A stretch of 64,000 bases of DNA from an uncultured Chroococcidiopsis sp. (GTDB taxonomy: Bacteria; Cyanobacteriota; Cyanobacteriia; Cyanobacteriales; Chroococcidiopsidaceae), in contig CAXTYC010000002.1 in the NCBI GenBank assembly GCA_964248365.1, forward strand, positions 102,447 to 166,446. The letters are read 5' to 3'. The translations under genes were made by a program, and so were the position numbers. The notes below the pieces were generated by a model. It was not told where the DNA came from and did no database searches. It saw nothing but the letters and a program-made list of their open reading frames with translations. Below are positions 21,314 to 32,500 of the stretch, one piece after another; position 1 is the first letter of the stretch, and each line of letters starts with the position of its first letter.

Positions 21314-22273
21314 ATGAAATATCGACAGCTTGGCAATAGCGATCTCAATGTGTCTGAAATCAGTTTAGGATCTTGGTTGACTTATGGAGGCGGAGTCGAG
21401 CGGCAAAAAGCAGAAGCTTGCATTCACAAAGCCTTTGATGTCGGCATTAATTTTATCGACACGGCGAACGTGTATGGACGTGGTGCGGCTGAATCGCTGT
21501 TGGGTGAAGTTTTGCAAGGAATTGATCGCTCGTCTTACATTTTGGCGACCAAAGTTTACTTTCTGATGTCGGACACTGACCGAGGATTATCCGCTGCCCA
21601 AATTTATAAACAAATCGATGCCTCGTTACAGCGACTTCTTGGATTATGTCGATCTTTATCAATGCCATCGCTATGACGTGAATACCCCAATAGAAGAAAC
21701 GATGACAGCGTTGACGGATATAGTGCGGCAAGGGAAAGCTCGTTACATCGGCTTTAGCCAGTGGAGTCCAAACCAGATTCAAGCGGCATTGAATCTGGGT
21801 AATGTAGAGCGCTTCCTATCTAGCCAACCGCAATACTCGATGTTATGGCGTAAACCCGAAGCCCATGTGTTTCCTTTGTGTGCGGCAAATGGCATCACTC
21901 AGATTGTTTGGTCGCCACTAGCGCAAGGTGTGTTAACTGGAAAATACAAACTACAAGAAGCACCACCATCTGATTCCCGTGCGGCAAACGAGCAAATGAA
22001 TGCTTATATGGGTGAGGATCTCTCGTGCGATCGCATCCTGAGTGCTATCCAAAACCTCAAGCTGATCGCGCAGCAATTAAACCTCAAGGGTGGCTCAACT
22101 GGCGTGCTTCATGGGTATTGCGGGATGCGCGGGTGTCTTCTGCTATCATTGGTGCAACTCGTCCCGAACAAGTAGAGGATAATGCAGCGGCATCAGGTGT
22201 AAGCTTGAGCAGCGATGTACTGCAAGAAATTGATAACATACTTACGCCTGTTCTGCCTTACGCAACAGCATAA
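21314..22273 (+). pseudogene. Aldo/keto reductase (Kv-beta-like), frameshifted
   Basis: Three ORF pieces (MKYRQLG..LGSWLTYG; DYVDLYQCHRYD; WVLRDARVSSAIIGATRPEQV) with shifts near 21640 and 22085-22110. Confidence 0.88.
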
Positions 22274-22499
22274 TTATGCCGCGTTCGCCCACTCGTTTGT
22301 TGATCGTGGCAATGGGCGATCGCCCTCCTTTCAAGGGTCACACAATTACCTTACACGAACTCAATTATTGAGTCGCTCCTCTTTCCGCCCTGGCTGACTT
22401 TTTGCGGGTAGGATGCTTGCAGTCTAGTTTTTTACGTCTAATGTCTTGACTAATTAAGATTGAGCTTTTTGTCAACTAAAATTTATTTACACAAAAAGC

Positions 22500-22781
22500 C
22501 TAAGCTCTCTTGCGATCAACTTTAACTCTTCTATTTGGATCTTGCTTTTTCACCCAAGATATAAACTTGTGCATTTGTGGTTCATTCTTGAGCCGTTCTA
22601 TCGAGTTCAACTCGATCGCTAAGCGTGTATTATCAAATAAAGTATGAATTTGCTTATGGCAACCAGAGCAAATGTTAATCGTAGGTCCTGGTTCAACTTT
22701 TTTTCGTTTCGTTTTCTGTCTCGGTATTAGGTGATGGACAGTTAATTTATCCATCTCTCTTTCACACAATTCGCACTGCAT
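22500..22781 (-). CDS. Small HNH-like zinc-binding protein
   Basis: CELC...TVHHLIP...CSGCHKQIH. Confidence 0.85.
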   Translation of the reverse strand: MQCELCEREMDKLTVHHLIPRQKTKRKKVEPGPTINICSGCHKQIHTLFDNTRLAIELNSIERLKNEPQMHKFISWVKKQDPNRRVKVDRKRA

Positions 22782-23157
22782 TATTCTTGTCTGTATTAGA
22801 ACGGTTAATCAATTTTGTAAACCGTCGTCGCCACCAGTATTACAATCTAAGTCAAAATGTTTGAAAAATTCGTTCTTGACTTTCAATGCCCAAAAATGCT
22901 AATCTTTCAGTTAACTTGCACTATAATGGAAATCTGTGCTTGGTTATAAAGTGGATAATATTACCATTATAAAGCTAACTCTAATTTACCACCTGGGGCA
23001 GTAAAAGTAAAGTAACCTCTAATTCTCCTGCTCAAAACAAGAGTGCTATTAGCCTAGTGCTGATAGCTTAAAAGCTATGTACAACTTACTTGCACAGGCG
23101 AGACTCGCCTCGGTTAGTCTAGAATGCGCTTGTTGGGTTTAAGATATCCAAAAAACT

Positions 23158-23988
23158 ATGATGAGTCAATATCCTATCCCAGTAGTCGTCAACGGTGCTG
23201 CTGGCAAAATGGGTCGTGAGGTGGTCAAAGCTGTATCTGGTGCACCTGACATGAACTTATTAGGTGCAATTGACCGCAACCAAGAACTCAACGGCAAAGA
23301 TGTTGGGGAATTAGCGGGTTTGCCTGAACCTTTGGAAGTGCCAATTACCGATCAATTAGAACCGATGCTGGCGTTGGCGGCTGGGGAAAGACAAGCTGGA
23401 GTAATGGTAGACTTTACTCATCCTGCTACAGTTTATGATAATATTCGAGCTGCGATCGCCTACGGTGTACGACCAGTAGTAGGCACTACAGGCTTAAGTC
23501 CAGAACAAATTCAAGACTTAACCGAATTTTGTGAAAAAGCTAGCACTGGCTGCTTAATTATCCCCAACTTCTCGATTGGGATGGTGTTGCTACAACAAGC
23601 AGCCATTCAAGCTAGCCAATATTTTGACCATGTGGAAATTATCGAACTGCATCATAATCAAAAAGCCGATGCTCCCAGTGGAACAGCGATTCAAACTGCT
23701 CAGATGTTGGCAGAAATGGGTAAAACTTTCAACCCTGCCATCGTAGAGGAAACTGAAAAATTACCCCACGCTAGGGGTAGTGTAGCCGAAGAAGGAATAC
23801 GTATTCATAGTGTACGTCTACCTGGGCTGATTGCTCACCAAGAAGTAATTTTTGGCGCACCAGGTCAAATTTATACCCTACGTCATGATACAAGCGATCG
23901 CGCCTGTTATATGCCAGGAGTTTTACTCGCCATCCGCAAAGTCCTCCAACTCAAAACCCTGGTCTATGGTCTAGAAAAAATCATGTAA
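23158..23988 (+). CDS. dapB: 4-hydroxy-tetrahydrodipicolinate reductase
   Basis: [32 protein letters not shown]. Confidence 0.97.
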   Translation: MMSQYPIPVVVNGAAGKMGREVVKAVSGAPDMNLLGAIDRNQELNGKDVGELAGLPEPLEVPITDQLEPMLALAAGERQAGVMVDFTHPATVYDNIRAAIAYGVRPVVGTTGLSPEQIQDLTEFCEKASTGCLIIPNFSIGMVLLQQAAIQASQYFDHVEIIELHHNQKADAPSGTAIQTAQMLAEMGKTFNPAIVEETEKLPHARGSVAEEGIRIHSVRLPGLIAHQEVIFGAPGQIYTLRHDTSDRACYMPGVLLAIRKVLQLKTLVYGLEKIM

Positions 23989-24143
23989 GAATTCGGAATT
24001 CGCGCATTCGCGCCGTTGAAATTATCTTGTTCTCCCCTGATTCCCCCTTGCTCCCTAATCCCCACAACGCGAGTGAAGAGCTTCCCCCTCGGACACTCGG
24101 ACACTCTCCTCATCTCCCCCTCACCCCTAGCCCCTAGTCCCTC

Positions 24144-24830
24144 ATGTTAGTTCCACTCACACGCCAGACATTTGAACAAATCATTCCCCGAATCGCTAGT
24201 GGGGATCAATATCGGTATAGTTGGGGAAAATTCTCAGATTTTTTGCGACGGCTATTAATTTCTGTCGTAGCCGTAATAGTAGCTTGGCTGATCATATTGA
24301 TTCTGGGAGAAGGTTTTGGTGGTATAGTGCTGCCACTGGGAATAATTGGGGGTTTTTATTGGCTGTGGGGACCAGTGCTGTGGGCTAGTTTACGCAACGC
24401 CCAATACCGCAAATACAAGTACAGTGGTTTTTTTCGGGGACGGGTGTTGGATGTATATATCACACAAGAGTTGATCGGGAAAGAGGAAACGGTTAACAAT
24501 AAAGGTGAATTGGTAATTGTAGAAAACCGTGAGCGGCGACTCAATTTAGAAGTAGGGGATGAAAGCGGATTTGAAACTGCTTTACAAGTACCCTTACTTC
24601 GTACTCACCAAGCGATCGCACCAGGTCAAATTGCCGAGATGCTAGTATTATCCAATCGCCCAGATTTGAGTAGTATTGCCCAGGTAAGTGATATTTATAT
24701 CCCAAGCCAAAATCTTTGGGTAAGTGACTATCCGATCGTACAACGGAATGTATTTGTCGAAGTGGGCGATCGTCTCCGAGAAGAACGAGAACCACGTTCC
24801 CGCCGCCGCCCTCGAAAATATAGGGAGTAG
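24144..24830 (+). CDS. Conserved cyanobacterial membrane protein
   Basis: MLVPLTRQTFEQIIP start, two TM helices, EETVN..GELVIVENRERR. Confidence 0.75.
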   Translation: MLVPLTRQTFEQIIPRIASGDQYRYSWGKFSDFLRRLLISVVAVIVAWLIILILGEGFGGIVLPLGIIGGFYWLWGPVLWASLRNAQYRKYKYSGFFRGRVLDVYITQELIGKEETVNNKGELVIVENRERRLNLEVGDESGFETALQVPLLRTHQAIAPGQIAEMLVLSNRPDLSSIAQVSDIYIPSQNLWVSDYPIVQRNVFVEVGDRLREEREPRSRRRPRKYRE

Positions 24831-24958
24831 GGTCTAGAAGAGAGCAAAAGGAGGCAAAAGGAGGCAAAAGGGAGAAAGTGCATTCAAATTTCTTGACTTG
24901 GTAGCAGGGATATGGTAATATGTAACTCTCATATCCCTTAGCTCCCTTTTGCTCTCTT

Positions 24959-25582
24959 CTAGTCCCTAGCGCCTACTTCATAGGCTTGCCACGCCAAATC
25001 TACCAGCCCATCAACAATTGCTGTTGCGACGGTTGCACCGCCTTTGGAACCTTTAATCTGAATATTAGGCACTAAAGAATCCTGCAAGCGTTCTTTGGCA
25101 ACATCCACATCGACAAATCCAGCTGGTGTAGCAATTACCAAAGCAGGGCGAAATTCTTCTGCCTCGATTAACTCTATCAATGCTGTCAGTGCCGTTGAGT
25201 CTTGACCAATGACAAAAATTCCTTCTGGGTAGCGTTTAGCTAGAGTCTCAATTCCCCAAGCCGTTCGAGTTTTTTCCTTTTGAGGTCGCGTTATTGCCTC
25301 CGTGCTGCAATATACCGGATTAGCAAAGGTGTTTTGAATATTCGGTGTAATACCCACTTGCACTATTGGCACATCAACCACAATCGTGCTACGAGCCGCC
25401 AGTGCAGCTGCTCCAGCCTGCATCGCTCGGCTGGAAAAACGAATTAAATCTTTATACTCAAAGTCTGCTGTGGCATAAATCACACGGCGGACAATTTCGT
25501 ATTCTGCCGGAGAAAAGACGTGTTCACCGATTTCTCGGTCAACTATTACCAAATTTTGGGCATCAATTACTTGCCAATCCAT
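24959..25582 (-). CDS. Precorrin-8X methylmutase family (CobH/CbiC-like)
   Basis: EIVRRVIYATADF, PALVIATPAGFV, GSKGG. Confidence 0.85.
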   Translation of the reverse strand: MDWQVIDAQNLVIVDREIGEHVFSPAEYEIVRRVIYATADFEYKDLIRFSSRAMQAGAAALAARSTIVVDVPIVQVGITPNIQNTFANPVYCSTEAITRPQKEKTRTAWGIETLAKRYPEGIFVIGQDSTALTALIELIEAEEFRPALVIATPAGFVDVDVAKERLQDSLVPNIQIKGSKGGATVATAIVDGLVDLAWQAYEVGARD

Positions 25583-25725
25583 ACTAGGGGCTAGGGGCTA
25601 GGGGCTAGAAGGGAGCAAAAGGGAGCAAAAGGGAGATGAAAGAATTAAATATCCTGACTCCTCACCTCCTGTCTCCTGACTACTGACTACTGACTACTGA
25701 CTACTGGCTCCTCGTTCCTCACATT

Positions 25726-26532
25726 TTAAGTTTCAGAAGTGGAAGAGCGGCTGAAGATTGGTGACAGGTAAGCAACCAAGACTCCAATTAGAAAACCAGA
25801 GATATTACGTACTAGTGGTAGCCATTCCGAAGTTCTGGTTACTACTGGTCCAATACCGAAGGCAATAAATAATATGCCCCATAAAGGAGAAAAAATTAAT
25901 GCCCATTGCCAAGCAAAAATTTGTCCTTGGCGACGGGGTTGAGCTGCGAATCCACATATTACCCCACCTAGGACTGAAGTGATCAGGGTGAGAATCCACT
26001 GCTCTTTTGGCAAACCTGGGACAACTTTACATCCGCCTTGCAGCAGACAACCTTCAACCGCTGACAAGGCTTGCAGAATCGCTTGGTCTTCGCCTTCTTC
26101 TCGCACAAAGTACAAATTGCCAAAGCGGGCTTGCAATTCTATCCAGAAAGTGCGCGGCAGAAGTTCATAAACCGCATCACCAACACTAAAGCTGAGAATG
26201 TTACCGCCACGAGAATCAGCAACTAGCAGAATACTTTTGTCATCTAATCCCCAAAAATTAATCACTGCCCTTCCAGGGGTGCGGTCATACTGCGTTAATA
26301 CTCGCAGTTTCCAGCTAGTCTTAGCTTCAAATTCCTCTAAATCTTTGACAAGACTTTCTTCTTGAACGCTGGTGAGTGTTTTGGCTAAGTCTACTACTGG
26401 GGTTGGGTGATCTGGCAGTAACTCTGGATTGTCATAAGCCAATGCTGCGGGCGAATGCATTGACCAAACCAATCCAGCTAAGAAGAATGCTGCAAATGAT
26501 ACGAGAATTTTTTGCCAAGAAGAACGCTGCAT
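25726..26532 (-). CDS. TPM-domain (DUF477) thylakoid membrane protein
   Basis: Signal peptide ALA, VVDLAKTL, WKLRVLTQ, FWIELQARFGN, C-terminal TM helices. Confidence 0.85.
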   Translation of the reverse strand: MQRSSWQKILVSFAAFFLAGLVWSMHSPAALAYDNPELLPDHPTPVVDLAKTLTSVQEESLVKDLEEFEAKTSWKLRVLTQYDRTPGRAVINFWGLDDKSILLVADSRGGNILSFSVGDAVYELLPRTFWIELQARFGNLYFVREEGEDQAILQALSAVEGCLLQGGCKVVPGLPKEQWILTLITSVLGGVICGFAAQPRRQGQIFAWQWALIFSPLWGILFIAFGIGPVVTRTSEWLPLVRNISGFLIGVLVAYLSPIFSRSSTSET

Positions 26533-26598
26533 GGGCTATTAATAAAAATCTTAAAGTGGCTTGTGTCGTAAAGAGTAGTATATGAAAAATGAATCTTC

Positions 26599-26616
26599 TT
26601 TACATTTGTTTACTTT
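26599..26616. promoter_or_regulatory. Candidate RpaB HLR1 site
   Basis: TTTACATT-tg-TTTACTTT against (G/T)TTACAWW-N2-(G/T)TTACAWW, ~67 nt upstream of the TPM gene. Confidence 0.45.
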
Positions 26617-26646
26617 AATCTAATTTAGCTGTGCTTGGAAAGAGAT

Positions 26647-26712
26647 GTAGGGGCGCTCTTTAAATGTTCTATCTGTTCTTCCAAAGTCATATCTATTAAA
26701 GAGCGCCCCTAC
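26647..26712. repeat. GTAG-type palindromic element
   Basis: gtaggggcgctctttaa ... ttaaagagcgcccctac perfect terminal IR. Confidence 0.85.
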
Positions 26713-26802
26713 TGAGAACAAAATCTACGTTAGTGCTGATGTGGGAAATATATAGTTAACTTTAAAATTCCGGCTGTAGATCCGGTGCTAATTGGAGTAT
26801 GT

Positions 26803-29220
26803 ATGCCGCAATACTTTGGAAAACTGCCCACAACTGACTCTCCTTGGGTAACTCTTGGTGCGGTGTCAGCTATAGAAAAAAGCGAATGCGCAGGGCGCAC
26901 GCGCAGCGCTCGCACTATCCATTTCCATTGTGGCAACTCCTCTTTGATAATTAGCATCCTCGCCCCAAATTTAATCCGAGTGCGCCTAGCACCTATGGGA
27001 GAATTTATGCCAAGGCGTGATTGGGCAGTTACCCTCGATGATGCCGATTGGTCTATTGTCCCATTCGAGTTGCAAGAAACCGCCCCCGAAGTAGAAATCA
27101 AAACCTCACAGATGCGCGTAGTGGTGCAGCGCCAACCCTGTCGGATTACCTGTTTTGACTTATCCAATCGTCCGTTCGCCCAAGATACTGAAATGGGAAT
27201 GGGTTGGCGAACGGGTGCAGTTGCAGCCTGGAAACAAATTGCAGCTGACGAACATTTCTATGGTTTCGGTGAACGCACTGGACTACTGGACAAACGCAGC
27301 GAGGTTAAAACTAATTGGACGGTTGATGCTCTTGATTATGGTTCACTTACGGATGAAATGTACCAGGCAATTCCGTTTTTCATCGCCCTGCGCCCACAAG
27401 TCGGATACGGCATCTTTTTCAACACTACCTTTTGGAGTCAGTTTGATATCGGTGCAGAACAACCAGGAATCTGGCGCATGGAAACACGCGGCGGCGAATT
27501 AGATTATTACATTATTTATGGTCCCGAACCTGCAACTATTCTCCACACCTACAGTGAACTAACAGGTAAAATGCCACTACCGCCCCGCTGGGCGCTAGGA
27601 TATCACCAATGCCGCTGGAGCTACGAATCTGAAGATGTAGTACGTAAACTCGCCCAGGAATTTCGCAATCGCCGTATTCCTTGTGATGTAATTCATCTAG
27701 ATATCGACTATATGCGGGGCTACCGCGTCTTTACCTGGAGTCCTAAGCGGTTTCCCAATCCTGCCCAATTGATCGGTGATTTAACCCAAGATGGCTTTAA
27801 AACAGTCACAATTATCGATCCTGGTGTGAAGTACGAACCAGAGGCAGGTTATCATGTGTTCGACCAGGGGATAAAGAACGACTGTTTTGTACGTAAAGCC
27901 GATGGGCAGTTGTTTCACGGTTATGTTTGGCCAGATAAAGCCGTCTTTCCTGATTTTCTGCGCCCACAGGTGCGCGATTGGTGGGGCGATTTGCATCAAA
28001 GTCTCACTGACGTTGGTGTGGCTGGAATTTGGAATGATATGAATGAACCCGCAATTAGCGATCGCCCCTTTGGTGATAACGGTGAACACATCTGGTTTCC
28101 CCTTGATGCACCGCAGGGGGGAGCAGAAGGGCAGGGGGGCAACTCACCACTAATTACTAGCCACCAGCCACTAGCCACTAGCCACTTAATTGCCTCTCAT
28201 GCCGAAGTTCATAATTTATATGGCTTGATAATGGCGCGATCTTGTGCTATTGGATTAGAGAGATTGCGCCCAAATGAGCGATCGTTTGTGCTGACACGCT
28301 CTGGCTATGCAGGTGTGCAGCGTTGGTCATCGGTATGGATGGGCGATAATCAGTCACTGTGGGAATATTTAGAAATGTCCCTGCCGATGCTGTGCAATAT
28401 GGGATTATCAGGTGTTGCCTTTGTCGGTTCTGATATTGGCGGCTTTGCAGGTAACGCGACGGCTGAATTATTTGCTCGGTGGATGCAAGTGGGGATGTTG
28501 TATCCTCTGATGCGCGGTCATTCGGCAATGACGACGGCACAGCATGAACCTTGGGTATTTGGCGATCGCGTCGAAAAAATCTGTCGAGAATATATTAATC
28601 TACGTTACCAGCTACTGCCCTACCTCTACACACTATTTTGGGAAGCAGCTACAACAGGCGCACCGATTTTACGCCCCTTACTGTACCATTTCCCCAACGA
28701 TCCTAAAACTTATGCCCTCTACGATCAAGTGTTGCTAGGTTCATCAATCATGGCTGCCCCAATTTACCGCCCTGGCATCGAGCATCGGGCTGTATATCTA
28801 CCCGAAGGTACTTGGTATGATTGGTGGACTGGAGAATCATTCAGGGGCGCAACAAATATTTTGGCTCATGCACCTTTAGAACGAATGCCTTTGTATGTTC
28901 GCGCTGGTGCAATTATCCCGATGCAACCTGTAATGCAATACGTTGATGAACAAAGCATCGCTCAATTAACTCTACGCATCTGGGCAGGTATGGGAGAATT
29001 TACCCTCTACGAAGATGATGGACGTAGCTTTGATTATCGTGGGGGTGACTGGGCTACGACTAAATATCGTGTCAGTATGGATGAACAACAAACAATTGTT
29101 GAAATTGGCGCAAGGGTTGGAAGATGGACACCGCCACAGCGCGAGGTAATTGTCGAATTGGTTGGTGTGGGTAGACAGCGCTTTCAAGATGATGGTACAG
29201 CAAAGCGTTTTACCTTTTGA
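26803..29220 (+). CDS. Glycoside hydrolase family 31 alpha-glucosidase
   Basis: HLDIDYM, GIWNDMNEP nucleophile, WMGDN, GSDIGGF, YEDDG. Confidence 0.95.
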   Translation: MPQYFGKLPTTDSPWVTLGAVSAIEKSECAGRTRSARTIHFHCGNSSLIISILAPNLIRVRLAPMGEFMPRRDWAVTLDDADWSIVPFELQETAPEVEIKTSQMRVVVQRQPCRITCFDLSNRPFAQDTEMGMGWRTGAVAAWKQIAADEHFYGFGERTGLLDKRSEVKTNWTVDALDYGSLTDEMYQAIPFFIALRPQVGYGIFFNTTFWSQFDIGAEQPGIWRMETRGGELDYYIIYGPEPATILHTYSELTGKMPLPPRWALGYHQCRWSYESEDVVRKLAQEFRNRRIPCDVIHLDIDYMRGYRVFTWSPKRFPNPAQLIGDLTQDGFKTVTIIDPGVKYEPEAGYHVFDQGIKNDCFVRKADGQLFHGYVWPDKAVFPDFLRPQVRDWWGDLHQSLTDVGVAGIWNDMNEPAISDRPFGDNGEHIWFPLDAPQGGAEGQGGNSPLITSHQPLATSHLIASHAEVHNLYGLIMARSCAIGLERLRPNERSFVLTRSGYAGVQRWSSVWMGDNQSLWEYLEMSLPMLCNMGLSGVAFVGSDIGGFAGNATAELFARWMQVGMLYPLMRGHSAMTTAQHEPWVFGDRVEKICREYINLRYQLLPYLYTLFWEAATTGAPILRPLLYHFPNDPKTYALYDQVLLGSSIMAAPIYRPGIEHRAVYLPEGTWYDWWTGESFRGATNILAHAPLERMPLYVRAGAIIPMQPVMQYVDEQSIAQLTLRIWAGMGEFTLYEDDGRSFDYRGGDWATTKYRVSMDEQQTIVEIGARVGRWTPPQREVIVELVGVGRQRFQDDGTAKRFTF

Positions 29221-29228
29221 GCTAATTG

Positions 29229-29364
29229 GTAGGGGCGCTCTTTAAACAAGTTGTCTGTTTGTTAACAAGTATGTTTGATAAACCCTTAGTACGGTAGTTG
29301 GTAGGGGCGCTCTTTGAACAAGTTATCTGTTGGTTCATAAGTATGTCGGATAAACCCTTAGTAC
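29229..29364. repeat. Two tandem copies of the ~64-bp GTAG-type element
   Basis: gtaggggcgctcttt...taaacccttagtac at 29229-29292 and 29301-29364. Confidence 0.85.
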
Positions 29365-29538
29365 CGTAGTTGGTTGAAGTCGAGCGTCCAAAAATTAATA
29401 GAAAATATGCAAAAAGGTAGAGGTTAATTTATTTAATTTGTACAGCCTGAACGCAACCTAAATAACATCTTATGCTGTAAAAGCAATACTCTAGTTTTCT
29501 GCACTAGATAAGTGCCTTTGCATCAGTCTCAAGATTAA

Positions 29539-32500
29539 ATGTCAAAAGTGAACCGCTCTCGGCTGCACAATTTACGTCTTGCCTATTCGCCTCAAACAGT
29601 TACAAAAACTGCAAGTTTGCTAGCTATCTCGCTCGGCTGCTCAGTACTAGTTGGCTGGCTGTTCGACATCGAAGTACTCAAAAGCTTCTTCTCTAGCAAT
29701 CAAGCAACTATGAAAGCGAATACAGCGTTGTGCTTTGTTTTGTCAGGCTTGTCGCTGGGGCTGCTTTTGAAAAGGGGACAAAGGGGACTTGGGGGACAAT
29801 TTCAAATTTCTAGGGTTTGTGCTGTAGCTGTTGCTGTAATTGGTTTGCTCACACTTAGTCAATATATCTTCGGTTGGAATCTGGGTATTGATGAACTGCT
29901 GTTCCGTGACTTGTCAAACACTGTGACAACAATCAGTCCAGGAAGAATGGGGTTGAATACGGCAACGAATTTTGTGCTTGTTGGTATTGCCTTACTGCTT
30001 CTGGGTCAAAGAAACCGCCGCAGCTATTGGTATGCTCAAGTTCTCAGCTTGATAGCGGCTTTGGTTTCCTTACAGGCTTTGATGGGCTATGCCTACAAAG
30101 TTCAAGTTCTATACGGGATCGCTCCCTATACAACATCAATGGCTTTGCACACGGTACTGACATTTATGATGCTGTGTATAGGTATTCTGTTGACACGGAC
30201 AGACCAAGGTTTGATGCGGGTAGTGACAAGCGATCGCCCCGCTGGTTTACTTGCTCGTCGTTTGTTGTTTTTGGCGATCGCACTACCTTTACTATTGGGA
30301 TGGCTAATTGTTCAAGGTCAACGCAAGGGGTACTACGATGCGGCGTTTGCGATCACGCTGTTTGCGCTGGTATTGATTGTGATTTTCGCCATTTCAATTT
30401 GGAAAAGTGCGGCATTAATAGACAAACTATACACCGAACGCGATCGCACATTAGAAAATCTCAAGGCGAACGAACAAAAGCTCAACAGTTTCGTAGATGG
30501 GAACATCATCGGCATTTTGTTTGGCGACGTTCACGGTAACATAACGCAGGCAAATGACGAACTATTACGGATAATCGGCTACACGCGAGAAGATCTACTA
30601 TCCGGTAGGATACGCTGGAGTGACATTACACCGCCAGAGTTGCTGTATCTGGATGAGCAAGCGATCGCTGAAGCTAAAATTAAAGGTGCTTGCACCTCCT
30701 ACGAAAAGGAATACATTCGCAAAGACACAAGCCGCGTCCCGATTTTGGCTGGTTTCGTGCTTTTAGGAGAACAGCGAGAAGAAGCTGTTGCCTTCATTCT
30801 CGATCTTACAGAACGTAAACAAGTTCTTGCAGCCTTGCAAACAAGCGAAGAACGCTACCGCATACTTGCCGAAAATGTCCCCCAATTAGTCTGGATTAAC
30901 CGCCCAGATGGATTTGTCGAATACTTCAACCAGCGTTGGCTTGATTACACTGGTTTGCAACCAAACGAGACGCTAGGCTGGGATTGGCAGCAGGTGATTC
31001 ACCCTGACGACCTAGTAACAACCATTGAGCAGTGGACTAATAGTTTGCGGACAGGCGGCAACTACGAGGTACAATACCGCCTACGTCGCTCTGATGGGGT
31101 TTACCGCTGGCATATTGGACGAGGGGTAGCACTGCGCGACGAACACGGACAAATTGTGAAATGGTTCGGAACTTGTACAGATATAGACGATCGCCAGCGC
31201 ATCGAGCAACAACTGCAAGAAGCAAATGAGCGAGTTATCAATATTTTAGAAAGCATCAGCGATAATTTTACCGCTTTGGATCGCCAATGGCGAATTACCT
31301 ATGTAAATCAAGCAACAGCAAAGCTGAATAACTCAACGCCAGAAGAAATGATTGGGAAAAACCACTGGGAAGAGTGGTCTTGGTCAGTAGGGACTAAAAT
31401 TGAGAGCGAATATCACCGCGCCGTTGCACAACAAGTAGCTGTCGATTTTGAAGTGTTTTCCGAACCGTTAAGTAAATGGTTCGAGATCCATGCTTATCCT
31501 TCTGCTGACGGTTTAAACATCTATTCCCGTGACATCACCGAGCGCAAACAGGCGGAAGCAGCACTTAAAGAAAGCGAAGAACGCTACAGACAACTGATTG
31601 AATTATCTCCAGAAGGTATATTTATTCAATACGAGGAAGAATTTGTCTTCGTCAACAGCCAATGTTTACAGCTTTTCGGCGCAACTAACTCTGAACAAAT
31701 CATCGGAAAGTCGATAACTGACTTTGTACATCCTGACTTTCATGCAATTGTTAAGCAGCGAATACAACAGCTTATAGAACAAAGAACAGAAGTACCTTTG
31801 ATTGAACAAAAATGGTTACGACTGGATGGAACAGTTTTTGACGCGGAGGTAAAAGCAGCTCCCTTCACCTACCAAGACAAACCAGGCGCGCAAGTAATTA
31901 TTCGTGACATCACCCAGCGCAAGCAAGTACAAGCCGCTTTACAAGCCAGCGAAGAACGTTTTCGTTTTTTGGCAGAATCAATTCCCCAAATTGTCTGGAC
32001 TTCTCGCCCAGATGGGTGGCTAGATTACTACAACCAACGTTGGTTTGACTATACGGGAATGACTCTGGAAGAAACTCAAGGTTGGGGTTGGAGTCGCGTC
32101 CTGCATCCAGACGACCTGCAAATGTGTATTGAACGCTGGACGCAAGCTGTAGAGACAGGGGAACCTTTGGAAATTGAATACCGCTTTAAACGTGCAAGCG
32201 ATGGAGAATATCACTGGCATCTCGGACGAGCGTTAGCCCTAAGAGACCAAAATGGGCGAATTGTCAAGTGGTTTGGCACTTGTACAGATATTCACGATCA
32301 AAAGCAGATGCTAGCAGAACGCGATCGCGCCCTGGCGAGCGAACAAGCAGCAAGAGCCGCCGCCGAGACATCAAATCGCCTAAAAGATGAATTTTTGGCA
32401 GTAGTTTCTCATGAGTTGCGATCGCCCCTCAATGCTATGCTCGGCTGGGTGCAGATGCTTCGGGCTGGAAAACTAAACGAAACTATGACAGCAAAGGCAT

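Noticed and set aside
22500..22781. HNH protein as a homing or defence nuclease system
   Set aside because: Small stand-alone gene with no intron, methylase or ATPase partner nearby.
24144..24830. Extra phosphate permease
   Set aside because: Only two TM helices and no EAA loop; unrelated to PstC/PstA.
29229..29364. Tandem repeats as a CRISPR array
   Set aside because: Two ~64-bp units with an 8-nt gap, no unique spacers and no cas genes; this is a dispersed palindrome family.
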